IMG/VR virus record: IMGVR_UViG_3300007963_000007
Coordinates: 1-59,061 of that record
Reading direction: 5' to 3' (one strand)
Length of the DNA: 59,061 nucleotides
DNA from: a virus
Lineage: Duplodnaviria > Caudoviricetes
The position numbers and the translations under genes are program-made. Shown in pieces: positions 8,670 to 17,000 of this stretch (positions are counted from its first letter, which is position 1; each line of letters starts with the position of its first letter). The notes beneath the pieces were generated by a model, which saw only the letters and a list, made by a program, of their open reading frames with translations, ran no database searches and was not told the DNA's origin.

Positions 8670-8942
8670 ACCACCAACCAACCTGAATATTATGAAAGAC
8701 ACCTACCCCACACACCACTGGGAAGTATTCACCAGAAACCTGATAGTCGAGATCAACGGCACGGGGTTCGGAGAGATCATCAGGAAGGTGACTCCCGGCA
8801 AGCATTACCATGCGTCCGTGAACGGACAGAGACTCATAGTCAAAGACCCTCATGGGGCCGCGACTGTTGAGGTTCTCTCGCTCCCCAGAGATCTCGACAC
8901 TATGGGCTACGACTAACCACCAACCAACCTGAATATTATGAA
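8670..8942 (+). repeat. 27-bp perfect direct repeat flanking a small gene
   Basis: ACCACCAACCAACCTGAATATTATGAA at 8670-8696 and 8916-8942. Confidence 0.9.
8692..8916 (+). CDS. Hypothetical protein
   Basis: ORF bracketed by the leader repeats. Confidence 0.6.
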   Translation: MKDTYPTHHWEVFTRNLIVEINGTGFGEIIRKVTPGKHYHASVNGQRLIVKDPHGAATVEVLSLPRDLDTMGYD

Positions 8943-9660
8943 GAACATAAGTTCCTTATCACCAACCGAATCCCTTGAGCAGATTGCCAAGGGTCTGCGT
9001 CTCGACCCTCAGATCGTTACTGATACCTTTTGTTTCGGAGAGAGATGGATCGGCAGGGATGAACCTGAATACCGACACACGATTAAACTTCAGCGAGGAT
9101 CAGGGTGGAGAGTTCTAAGCCTCCACTCTTACCAGTCTGGGGATGCTAGATACAAGGTCACAGTAGAAGACCTGCCCCAGAAAACTAAAGAGTGGGTCTT
9201 TGCTAAATCAATGGAGGCGCTGGGCATGAGGCAGGTTGCTCGTCAACGCAAGGCCGAGGAGAAGGCAAGGTGGGCAAGGATAGTGGAGAAGTATAAAGCC
9301 CTGTTTCATGCGGGGGATTACCATGAAGAGTTAATGTCCTCCGGTTTGTTTGCCCTGTCAGAGAAGGACTACACTACCTCCGATTACTGGAGTGAACCCC
9401 TTTACCCTTACCTTAGATCTGGGACCAATGACGGGCGCTACCGTATTGAGATAAACCCAGTCGCACATCGTGACAAGGATGGGATGCTGGCGAAAGATGA
9501 AGACGGGGACTACACTTATTTCCCTGCCCTCTATTTTAATCACGCTACTTTCCCTCTCAGTTCTTTCGCAGAGGTATTCAAACTGAGGCACAACATTATG
9601 CAGTCTCAGGAAGACTTCGACAGGTATGAAGAAACCCACAGTATCAATGAATTACACTAA
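8938..9660 (+). CDS. Hypothetical protein
   Basis: 240-aa ORF starting in the leader repeat. Confidence 0.65.
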   Translation: MKNISSLSPTESLEQIAKGLRLDPQIVTDTFCFGERWIGRDEPEYRHTIKLQRGSGWRVLSLHSYQSGDARYKVTVEDLPQKTKEWVFAKSMEALGMRQVARQRKAEEKARWARIVEKYKALFHAGDYHEELMSSGLFALSEKDYTTSDYWSEPLYPYLRSGTNDGRYRIEINPVAHRDKDGMLAKDEDGDYTYFPALYFNHATFPLSSFAEVFKLRHNIMQSQEDFDRYEETHSINELH

Positions 9661-9940
9661 AGTATCTGGACCAGAGTTTCACTGTAAACTCCTAGAAAAA
9701 AACACCTTGGTTATTTATAGGGGGAAGAAGATTGTTGCGACCCTTAGTCAGGATCTGAACCTCCCCAAGGACCGACAGGCAGATGATAAGGCGTGGGAAG
9801 AACTGGTTTACCTTACTTGCAAAGCACCTGCACTTCTCCATGCTCTCTCTGTGTTGTTAACCGACAGGGGTTTAACCACCAGTGCAGGGAGAATCTGGAT
9901 AAAGGAACACGCAGCAGAACTGATAGACCAACTACTATGA
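9647..9940 (+). CDS. Hypothetical protein
   Basis: Overlapping operon packing. Confidence 0.55.
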   Translation: MNYTKVSGPEFHCKLLEKNTLVIYRGKKIVATLSQDLNLPKDRQADDKAWEELVYLTCKAPALLHALSVLLTDRGLTTSAGRIWIKEHAAELIDQLL

Positions 9941-10065
9941 GTATGAAAGAACTCATCATTTGCATAACCGCTATCACAGTAACATTAATAGTATTAAGGA
10001 GAAGAAGACATGACAGGAAGCTGGAAAGAACTGACAGAAAAACTGGTGGATTTTTACGACCGTGA
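9937..10065 (+). CDS. Small single-TM protein
   Basis: ATGA coupling; LIICITAITVTLIVL followed by RRRRH. Confidence 0.4.
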   Translation: MSMKELIICITAITVTLIVLRRRRHDRKLERTDRKTGGFLRP

Positions 10066-10234
10066 GACAGACCCCGACAAGAGGGTAGACGTAAGAGAAA
10101 AGATTATATCTCTTGGGGAAATCCTAGACGAGCAACAAGAGATCTTGTCTGGGGAAAGAATCCCCTCCATGGGGCAGATCCGAAACCCTAAGAAGCAGGA
10201 GTATTATAATGACCTTGGAGGAGATTCAGAGTAA
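10010..10234 (+). CDS. Hypothetical protein
   Basis: Operon packing; charged helical sequence. Confidence 0.5.
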   Translation: MTGSWKELTEKLVDFYDRETDPDKRVDVREKIISLGEILDEQQEILSGERIPSMGQIRNPKKQEYYNDLGGDSE

Positions 10235-10400
10235 GCAAGCGGACGAACACGCTAAGATCGAAGCTGAGATTATCGAGAACGTAGCACAACGTAAGTGGAC
10301 TAAAGGTCAGTTCACCCAGAGTCTCGCCCTACTTTACATCATGGGGATACGGCACGGTCATGAAAGGTATCAGCAAAGCAAGGCCCCAGTTAATGAGTAA
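10209..10400 (+). CDS. Hypothetical protein
   Basis: Operon packing. Confidence 0.5.
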   Translation: MTLEEIQSKQADEHAKIEAEIIENVAQRKWTKGQFTQSLALLYIMGIRHGHERYQQSKAPVNE

Positions 10401-10584
10401 ACTTGTCAATGTGGCTAAGTATCTTCCTTGGATGAGACGGGTGTGTTCCCGTTACCTCATCCTAGATCAGTTAGAAGAACTTAAAGACGACATCAAGAAC
10501 ATGACTGAACCCCGCATCGGCGCACCCGTTGACGAGATCTTCAACCGGATAGACCAGATAAAAAAAGACATAACAAATTCTTGA
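10393..10584 (+). CDS. Hypothetical protein
   Basis: Operon packing; its stop lies in the next -35 box. Confidence 0.5.
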   Translation: MSKLVNVAKYLPWMRRVCSRYLILDQLEELKDDIKNMTEPRIGAPVDEIFNRIDQIKKDITNS

Positions 10585-10608
10585 CAAAAGAATCTATCTG
10601 TGTATAGT
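10581..10608 (+). promoter_or_regulatory. Sigma70-like promoter
   Basis: TTGACA-N16-TATAGT. Confidence 0.8.
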
Positions 10609-10655
10609 CACCCCGAGTCCAATGAAGATGACCACAACCATGCTTCATGGACTCC

Positions 10656-10702
10656 GCTCCCACCCTCTGAGGTTTTCACTTTTCTCCTTGGGGGGTGGGG
10701 GC
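10656..10702 (+). other. 5'-leader hairpin
   Basis: 17-bp stem GCTCCCACCCTCTGAGG/CCTTGGGGGGTGGGGGC; G-U pairs form only on the + strand. Confidence 0.65.
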
Positions 10703-10722
10703 AAACCAAAACTGAATACATT

Positions 10723-11112
10723 ATGGCAACTCCATTATCTAAAGAAGTCCACCGAGTGGTGGAGATCGACGGGGATAAATACCTCGCCTCCCTTGAACCT
10801 GCTAAGTTCCTCAAGGACCTCCCGAAGTTTGCGCTACGCAAGATGAGGTCAAGCACGGTCCATAGGATGAACATCGAGTCCCTCATTAAGGACCCCCTCC
10901 CTGCACCTGAACCAGTGCCAACCTCCGCGAAGGAGGTCAGCAGACCAACGGCAGAAAGATTACGTGAACCTGCTTTCACTGCTGGTGACATCAAAGATAT
11001 ATTGATGAAGCGTAAGCTCGACCGTAGGCTAAGGGACGAGGTCCTGAAAGCGGTGGATACTTTGCTTAAAGAAGACCAAGCAGGAGAAGTAATCGAGGAG
11101 GGAGCAGAGTGA
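10723..11112 (+). CDS. Hypothetical protein (true start probably 10723)
   Basis: MATPLSKEV... follows an AC-rich leader; the track's start overlaps the promoter. Confidence 0.6.
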   Translation: MATPLSKEVHRVVEIDGDKYLASLEPAKFLKDLPKFALRKMRSSTVHRMNIESLIKDPLPAPEPVPTSAKEVSRPTAERLREPAFTAGDIKDILMKRKLDRRLRDEVLKAVDTLLKEDQAGEVIEEGAE

Positions 11113-11411
11113 TCTTCGTTAAGAAAAAAGAGAAAGGGCTTTACGATGTCCGAGACATCTTGGGCAGTCACTACTTTGTAGAGGATAGCAGAAGAAAGGA
11201 GTCCCTCCCCCCTGATTTTAATGGACCTGAATGGGCTTCTAGAGATAGGTGGGTTATCTGGAGCATAAGCGAGGACCCCGTAATGGATGACTTCCTTGAG
11301 CAAAGTGGGTATCAACTCGATGAGTTAGAATTCTTGGCATCAGAGTCCACAATGCAGGAGTGCCTAGCCCTCATAGGTATGTGGTGTGCTGCCGCTCAGA
11401 TCGGAGATTAA
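11109..11411 (+). CDS. Hypothetical protein
   Basis: GTGA coupling. Confidence 0.55.
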   Translation: MIFVKKKEKGLYDVRDILGSHYFVEDSRRKESLPPDFNGPEWASRDRWVIWSISEDPVMDDFLEQSGYQLDELEFLASESTMQECLALIGMWCAAAQIGD

Positions 11412-11432
11412 CCCCCAAACAAAAACGAACCA

Positions 11433-11762
11433 ATGGCTAAGAACATCAAAGCACGTAACAACGCTACGAAAAGATTACAGAAGATCGATTACTTTCTGGA
11501 TCTCATCGAAGGGATGTCTCATTCCCTAGACGAAGAAGACGCACAAGGTATAGCAGCATATCTACAGAAGAGGCTCATCACTACCTGTGACAAATTAACT
11601 GGGCGCATCGACCCGAGTGATGTGTTCCGGTTAGTGAACACCAGCAAGAAAGCAGAGACAGAGTCCCATGATATTTATTGTGGTAAGTGTGATTGCTGGC
11701 ACGACAAAGCAATCCATGCTGGGGAAGATAAGTTAGGAGCAGGGAAGGGCCTGAAGCTATGA
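11433..11762 (+). CDS. Hypothetical protein
   Basis: AC-rich leader; coupled to helicase. Confidence 0.6.
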   Translation: MAKNIKARNNATKRLQKIDYFLDLIEGMSHSLDEEDAQGIAAYLQKRLITTCDKLTGRIDPSDVFRLVNTSKKAETESHDIYCGKCDCWHDKAIHAGEDKLGAGKGLKL

Positions 11763-13138
11763 AGGAATTGTTCCCCCCTCAACAAGAGGCGCATGATTTC
11801 TTTGTCCCTAACCTTTTGTCAGGGAGAAGCACCCTTGACTCATCCTACATGGGAACAGGCAAGACGGTAGTGGGGGCGCGGACTGCGAGAACTATCCTAG
11901 CTAAGTCCGACCGGATTAAAAACGTAGCAGTAATATGCCCGAAGGCAGTGTCCCCTACTTGGAAAAGAGAACTGGAGGAGTGCGGCATCGAACCGTTGTT
12001 CATTCTCAACATAGAGAAATTGCGTCTGGGGAAAACAGGGTGGCTTGCGAAGCGGGGGAAGAAACACTTTACGTGGAACCCCCTGACCTGCCCCCGCAAA
12101 GAGACGTTGTTTCTTGTGGATGAGATCCACCAGTTAAAGGGACCGTGGACTCAGAATGCTGCTGTTCTTATTGCCCTTATAAGGCAGGGGTATGTAGTCC
12201 ATGGGATGAGTGGGACTCCTTGTGAGTCTCCCATAGAGATGCGCCCTCTAGGGTATATGCTGCGGTTGCACAACAACGACCGGAGCAGTCCCTGCGGGAG
12301 CTTGCCCAGTTACTTCTCATGGCTGCATTCTCTACGGTGCGAAGAGGGATACTTCGGAGGCTACGAAATGACCGACCCAGAGTTTGCCCTGACAGAATTA
12401 CGAAAGGCTATGTATGGTGTAACGACCAAAGGCTTAACCGTAAAAGACTTCCCTGATTCCTTTAGGGCTAACCGTGTAATCGTGGACCCTATCGAGTTTA
12501 AGAATAATAAGAAGATCGTTAGGGAGTATTCCAAACTTAACCTGTCAGCAGAAGATGTCCGAGCATACATTGAAGACGGGACAATGCCCGAGAAAGGCGA
12601 GGAAGAAGACGAACTAACAATCGTCAAGATAGGTAGGGCGCGGGAGATGTGCGAGATGTATAAGATCGCGGACATCGCCTCCATGACAAACGAGGCAATG
12701 GATGAGGGCTATAACGTAGCGATCTTCCTGAACTACACCGAGAGCATAGAAGAACTAACTGCTCTGTTGGATTGTAAAGCTATCTATGGGGCGACACACC
12801 CTGACGATAGGGACGAATACATCGAGCAATTTCAAAACGATGAGGCTCATTGTCTGGTGCTTAACTCTGCCACTGGTGGGACAGGCATCTCCCTGCATGA
12901 TGTCCAAGGGAAAAGGCCGAGGCTATCCCTGATCTCCCCTAGCTTTAACGCTAAGGAATTCTCTCAGGTTATCGGGCGCATCCACCGTAACGGGGCTAAG
13001 TCTGATGCCCTTCAGAAGGTGCTGCTGGCGCATGACTCCATCGAGGAATACGTCATGACTGCTATAAATAGAAAGTTACAGAACATGAAGTTGATCCATG
13101 ATTCTGAACCCTGTAAACTTACCTCGACACATTACTAA
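11759..13138 (+). CDS. SF2 (SNF2-like) DNA helicase
   Basis: MGTGKT (I), LVDEIH (II), MSGTP (III), GGTGISLH (V), QVIGRIHR (VI). Confidence 0.9.
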   Translation: MKELFPPQQEAHDFFVPNLLSGRSTLDSSYMGTGKTVVGARTARTILAKSDRIKNVAVICPKAVSPTWKRELEECGIEPLFILNIEKLRLGKTGWLAKRGKKHFTWNPLTCPRKETLFLVDEIHQLKGPWTQNAAVLIALIRQGYVVHGMSGTPCESPIEMRPLGYMLRLHNNDRSSPCGSLPSYFSWLHSLRCEEGYFGGYEMTDPEFALTELRKAMYGVTTKGLTVKDFPDSFRANRVIVDPIEFKNNKKIVREYSKLNLSAEDVRAYIEDGTMPEKGEEEDELTIVKIGRAREMCEMYKIADIASMTNEAMDEGYNVAIFLNYTESIEELTALLDCKAIYGATHPDDRDEYIEQFQNDEAHCLVLNSATGGTGISLHDVQGKRPRLSLISPSFNAKEFSQVIGRIHRNGAKSDALQKVLLAHDSIEEYVMTAINRKLQNMKLIHDSEPCKLTSTHY

Positions 13139-13434
13139 TGAAAGAGCCAGAAGATACCACCACCACTATTATAGATGTAGGGGACACTCATATTTCTATC
13201 AAAGCAAAACCTGATGACCACGACAACAACCCGTCTGGATGGAGTATCATTGCGTTCAGTCCTTCTGCCAGCATAAGGTGCGTGAGGGCGCATCAGGAGA
13301 AGCACCTCAATAGATTTATCTTAGGCATCCTTGCTATGAGCGGTTCCTCTTTTGAGGACGAACAATCTAAGTTATTTGAGAAGGTGCGGGACGGTATTCA
13401 CACAGTAACCAAGGGGTCTTTTGAACTCACATAG
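13138..13434 (+). CDS. Hypothetical protein
   Basis: TAATG coupling to helicase. Confidence 0.55.
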   Translation: MKEPEDTTTTIIDVGDTHISIKAKPDDHDNNPSGWSIIAFSPSASIRCVRAHQEKHLNRFILGILAMSGSSFEDEQSKLFEKVRDGIHTVTKGSFELT

Positions 13435-13436
13435 AT

Positions 13437-13805
13437 ATGACACTAGATCAGTTACTCAAGCTACACGACCAGACCTGCGAGAATTGCAGAGACATTATGA
13501 AGCGTAAGTCCCTCGACTATACTGGGGGCAAAAAAGCATCGGACCCTTTTGCTAACTTCAGGACATCTGAGTTAGTGGGAGTGAACCCTGTAAAGGGGAT
13601 CATGCTCCGTGTTCTGGATAAGATCCAGAGGATTAATTCTTTTACCAATGACGGGGAGTTGCAGGTAGAAGGAGAGACAGTGGACGATGCCTGTGAAGAC
13701 ATCGTTAACTACGCTATCCTTGCCAAGGCTATGCTGAAAGAGCAGAGGGCTAAGGCGAGTGAGGAAGCAAGAGAGGCACTCACCACTCCAATAACTTACT
13801 CATGA
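13437..13805 (+). CDS. DUF1599 / nucleotide-modification-associated domain protein (all-alpha NTP-PPase-like)
   Basis: KRKSLDY...DPFANF...LRVLDKIQRI...ETVDDACEDIVNYAIL signature. Confidence 0.75.
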   Translation: MTLDQLLKLHDQTCENCRDIMKRKSLDYTGGKKASDPFANFRTSELVGVNPVKGIMLRVLDKIQRINSFTNDGELQVEGETVDDACEDIVNYAILAKAMLKEQRAKASEEAREALTTPITYS

Positions 13806-13864
13806 TGTAACACATAGTTACTGTCGCCAGCAGGAACAGATACACTCCGAATTCTGTATCAAGG

Positions 13865-14080
13865 CTAATAGCCACCACCCCTCCCCATCTTTTTAACCAA
13901 CCGTTTCCGCAAGGAAGCGGTTTTCCCTTTTGGTTGTGGTTTTCTGGAGGGTTTGCGGTGCGTCCATCCTTTCTTTGATAGATCAAGATGTTTCTTGTGC
14001 GTCTTCACTTTAACTCCTTCCCCTGTGTCAGGGTGGAACATCGTGTGAGGCACAAACTTTTTCTTAGTTTTCTTAGCCAT
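13865..14080 (-). CDS. Small highly basic protein
   Basis: 71 aa, K/R-rich, FVPHTMFHPDTG...HLDLSKKGWTH; directly follows the giant gene. Confidence 0.65.
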   Translation of the reverse strand: MAKKTKKKFVPHTMFHPDTGEGVKVKTHKKHLDLSKKGWTHRKPSRKPQPKGKTASLRKRLVKKMGRGGGY

Positions 14081-14085
14081 GGCGA

Positions 14086-17000
14086 TTACTTATCTATCCT
14101 TTTAAATTCTGGTTGTCTGTAAATGTGGTTCTGTAGGAGCATGAATCGGTGCCTTGTGGCACTTTCCTTCATCATAATTTCTTTTGCCCTTGGGGACAGG
14201 ATAATCCTTTGGGAGAACCCAAGAGCAGAGTGCTTGACTCTTTTCTCCCCCACCTGTTTTGTTTTTGCCTCTGAGATGATCTCATCCCACGACAACCCTA
14301 GACTGTGGAACCCCCTGACAACGGTCCCCAATTCATCGTTCAGATTGTGGACTGTGTCGGCAACATCCTCATAAATGCTTATGACTTTCTCGTCCGACAT
14401 AGTTCTTTTGGTGTATGTTCGACTCAGCCTAGACTTAGCGTCTCTTGTTCTTCCGGCGTTGTCTCTTAGGTAAGTCCGCAGGTTAGCCGACAAATCAATC
14501 GGGTAAGGTTTAACAGGAAGGAACTCTTGGAACATGATCCCGAGAGGCCCCCGACCCATTAGTCCTTTTCCTGTGTATGTCCCCTGCATAGCACTTACTG
14601 CCTCTGCTATTTTCTTCGGGGTCCTCAACCCATAAGCCTTGTCTACAATATGCAGCGTCCCCCTCCAGAGTTGTTCGCCATAATCATCCCCACCTTTGAT
14701 GAAGATCGGTTGACCACGATCATCCGTGTTTGTGGCAACGTCCATTATCGCTCCGAATAATATCTGCTCTCCCATGTATCCTTCGGCAACGCCCCCCAAA
14801 ATTGAGGGGACAACTTCGTCCCAATCTCCGGTCACCATATGTTCAACCGCACTACTAGTGGGGTTTGTCACCAAGGAGAACGGGTTAAGGTAGGTGAGAT
14901 CCAGACTGTTATACTTCCCATTTTTATCCTTCCAATAAATCAGTCGGTTGTTCCGAAGGTAAGGAGGTGCGCTCAACCTCAATGCCTCTTCCTCATCGTC
15001 ACTAAGACCTGCCCAGAGACGGTTGATCATGGTAGGCAATACCCCGCTAACAAAGGACAACATAAATGTAGAGTGCGCTACCCTGTTTATGCCCCTGTTC
15101 CTGATCACCTTGTTACCGCTTCTCATTTCTTGGAAACCCAGCTTGTAACTATTGATCATGACTCGCGGAACCTCTGCCGCGAACCGCAAGTAAGGGGAAA
15201 TGGCGATCCCTATCTCACCCCTCGTAAAGCCTGTAACCCATGGGGGCGCTTGACTATACGTTTGAGAAGTCATCTTAACCTTCTCTGCCGCTTTCATTTT
15301 CATTGCGGGGGAGGGTGTGCCGTCTGGTCTAAGTAGTCTGCCGAATTGACCACTGGGGTCTGACTCTGCTGCTTGGACCAACACCCTTAACTCATGCTCA
15401 TACAAACTGATCTTATGGTATGCATCCATGGCAGACGCCATACGAGTCAACAGTCCTAGAGTTGCGTTGTAACCACTTGCTGAAGCGTCCCAACCTTTCT
15501 TAACGACCCCCGTCACACGACCTGCTGGGCTTTGCTTACCCAACTTGTCGATCAGTTTGGTTAACCCCTCTTGCACGGAGAAGTAATCTTTCTTGCCTGA
15601 AAGCAAATCTTGCAGAAGCTGTGCGTCCATCTCATCCCCCCACACATTCATTGCAGCAAGCTCTCTAAGTTCTGCGTTCATCTCAGCACGGGAACCGAAT
15701 GCTGCCCTCCTGATAAGGGAGTCCTCTTTCAGACCTTCAGTAAGACCAAGAACACCCCCGCCTTCTTTGAACATGGCACCTATGCTGCCGTAATGCCCTT
15801 GCATAGGCCCGAAGAACAATGCGTTACCAACGGCATTTCTGAGATAGAAACCCGCAGCACCTAATGTCTTAGATGCCAACGAAAGACCAGTGGCGATTTG
15901 CAAGCCCCTGATAACCCCTGCTGCGACTACTGCTGCCATCTTTCTGGGCTTAACCTTGTCCACAGAAAACATTGCGGTTAGGTTGTCCGCAGCTTCTTTC
16001 GGCATATACATTCCAGAAGCGGGATTCCAATCGGGATGCTCCTCATCACGTAGTTGGACCCACCCCGCATACTTCCTGTCATCAGGTGCCAGTTCTCGAT
16101 CTTTCTTAAACTCTTCGGCAGTAATCATCCAAGGTTCTCGCGTGTCCCCACCGACCCCTGAAAGTCTGGTAGTTTTACTTCTGCCATGGGCGACTACTCG
16201 TTGAAGGAATGCTTGGTTCGACATGATCGAACCTACATTTATAAATGTATGCAGAGCATTATCTAACCCAGCCTCGTCCCCATAGACTCCAAGCAATTGC
16301 TGCAATGGTTCTGGGATATCTTTCTTCTCATCAAAACTAGACAAGATTTCCTTGAGGGGTTTAGCAAGATGCGTATGCCCTTTCATGGTTATGTGCTGCA
16401 CGGAGTCGCCCCCGATATACGCATCCATGCTAGTGTCTAGCTTCATATTCCCGTAGCTATCAATGAAGTCGAGCATCATGTTAGTCCCGATAGTCTTAGC
16501 GTCTGTTCCTTTTGCGTGGAGTGCTTGTTCTGCTTGGTCCAAGGCATCACTTCTACTGATAGAAAGGTCGTTCCGCATAATGTGGTCTGCCTCTTGTTCC
16601 AGATACTGTTGGGCGAAGTAGTTCGCGGCGTCTGTCCTAGCTAAAGCATAGTCGGGGTCTGTCTTAATCGTGTCTGCCCAATCATTATCCTCAAACATAC
16701 GGAACCTGCGGGTGAAATAGATCCCCAAGTTAGTATCGAAGACTGCGTCGATAAGTGTGCTGCCGAAAAGATCCTTAGCCTTTGCCGACATCTCGTCTGT
16801 CAACTTACGTAGGTCCAGAACGATAGTCCATACGTCAGTATCAAGCGCCATCAGATCTTTCAACCCCCTGTCTCGTTTAGCGATCTCTATCTGCCTGTTC
16901 TGCTTTCTGTATTTAAGTGTCTCAGCATCACGGTTATCTTTTGCTATTTGAAGAGCAAGGTCCCTGTCTGCCTTATCAGCAATACCCGATGCTGCTTTGC

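Noticed and set aside
693-8942. Early-region repeats as a CRISPR or mini-array
   Set aside because: Repeats are separated by whole genes, not by uniform 30-40 bp spacers. The Cas4-like gene at 33672 is a typical phage replication nuclease.
1393-10722. Track start codons at 1393, 3705, 8077 and 10600
   Set aside because: They fall within -35 or -10 promoter regions; downstream in-frame starts (1429, 3717, 8095, 10723) fit better.
10608-11315. 235-aa minus-strand ORF, and the many other short antisense ORFs in the track
   Set aside because: Shadow frames of well-packed sense genes, with Ser/Leu-rich composition and no promoter or leader support.
13806-13864. GTAAC-N5-GTTAC palindrome where early and late transcription converge
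   Set aside because: Only a 5-bp arm with different spacing from the TTGTAANTTACAA elements; too weak to call an operator or terminator.
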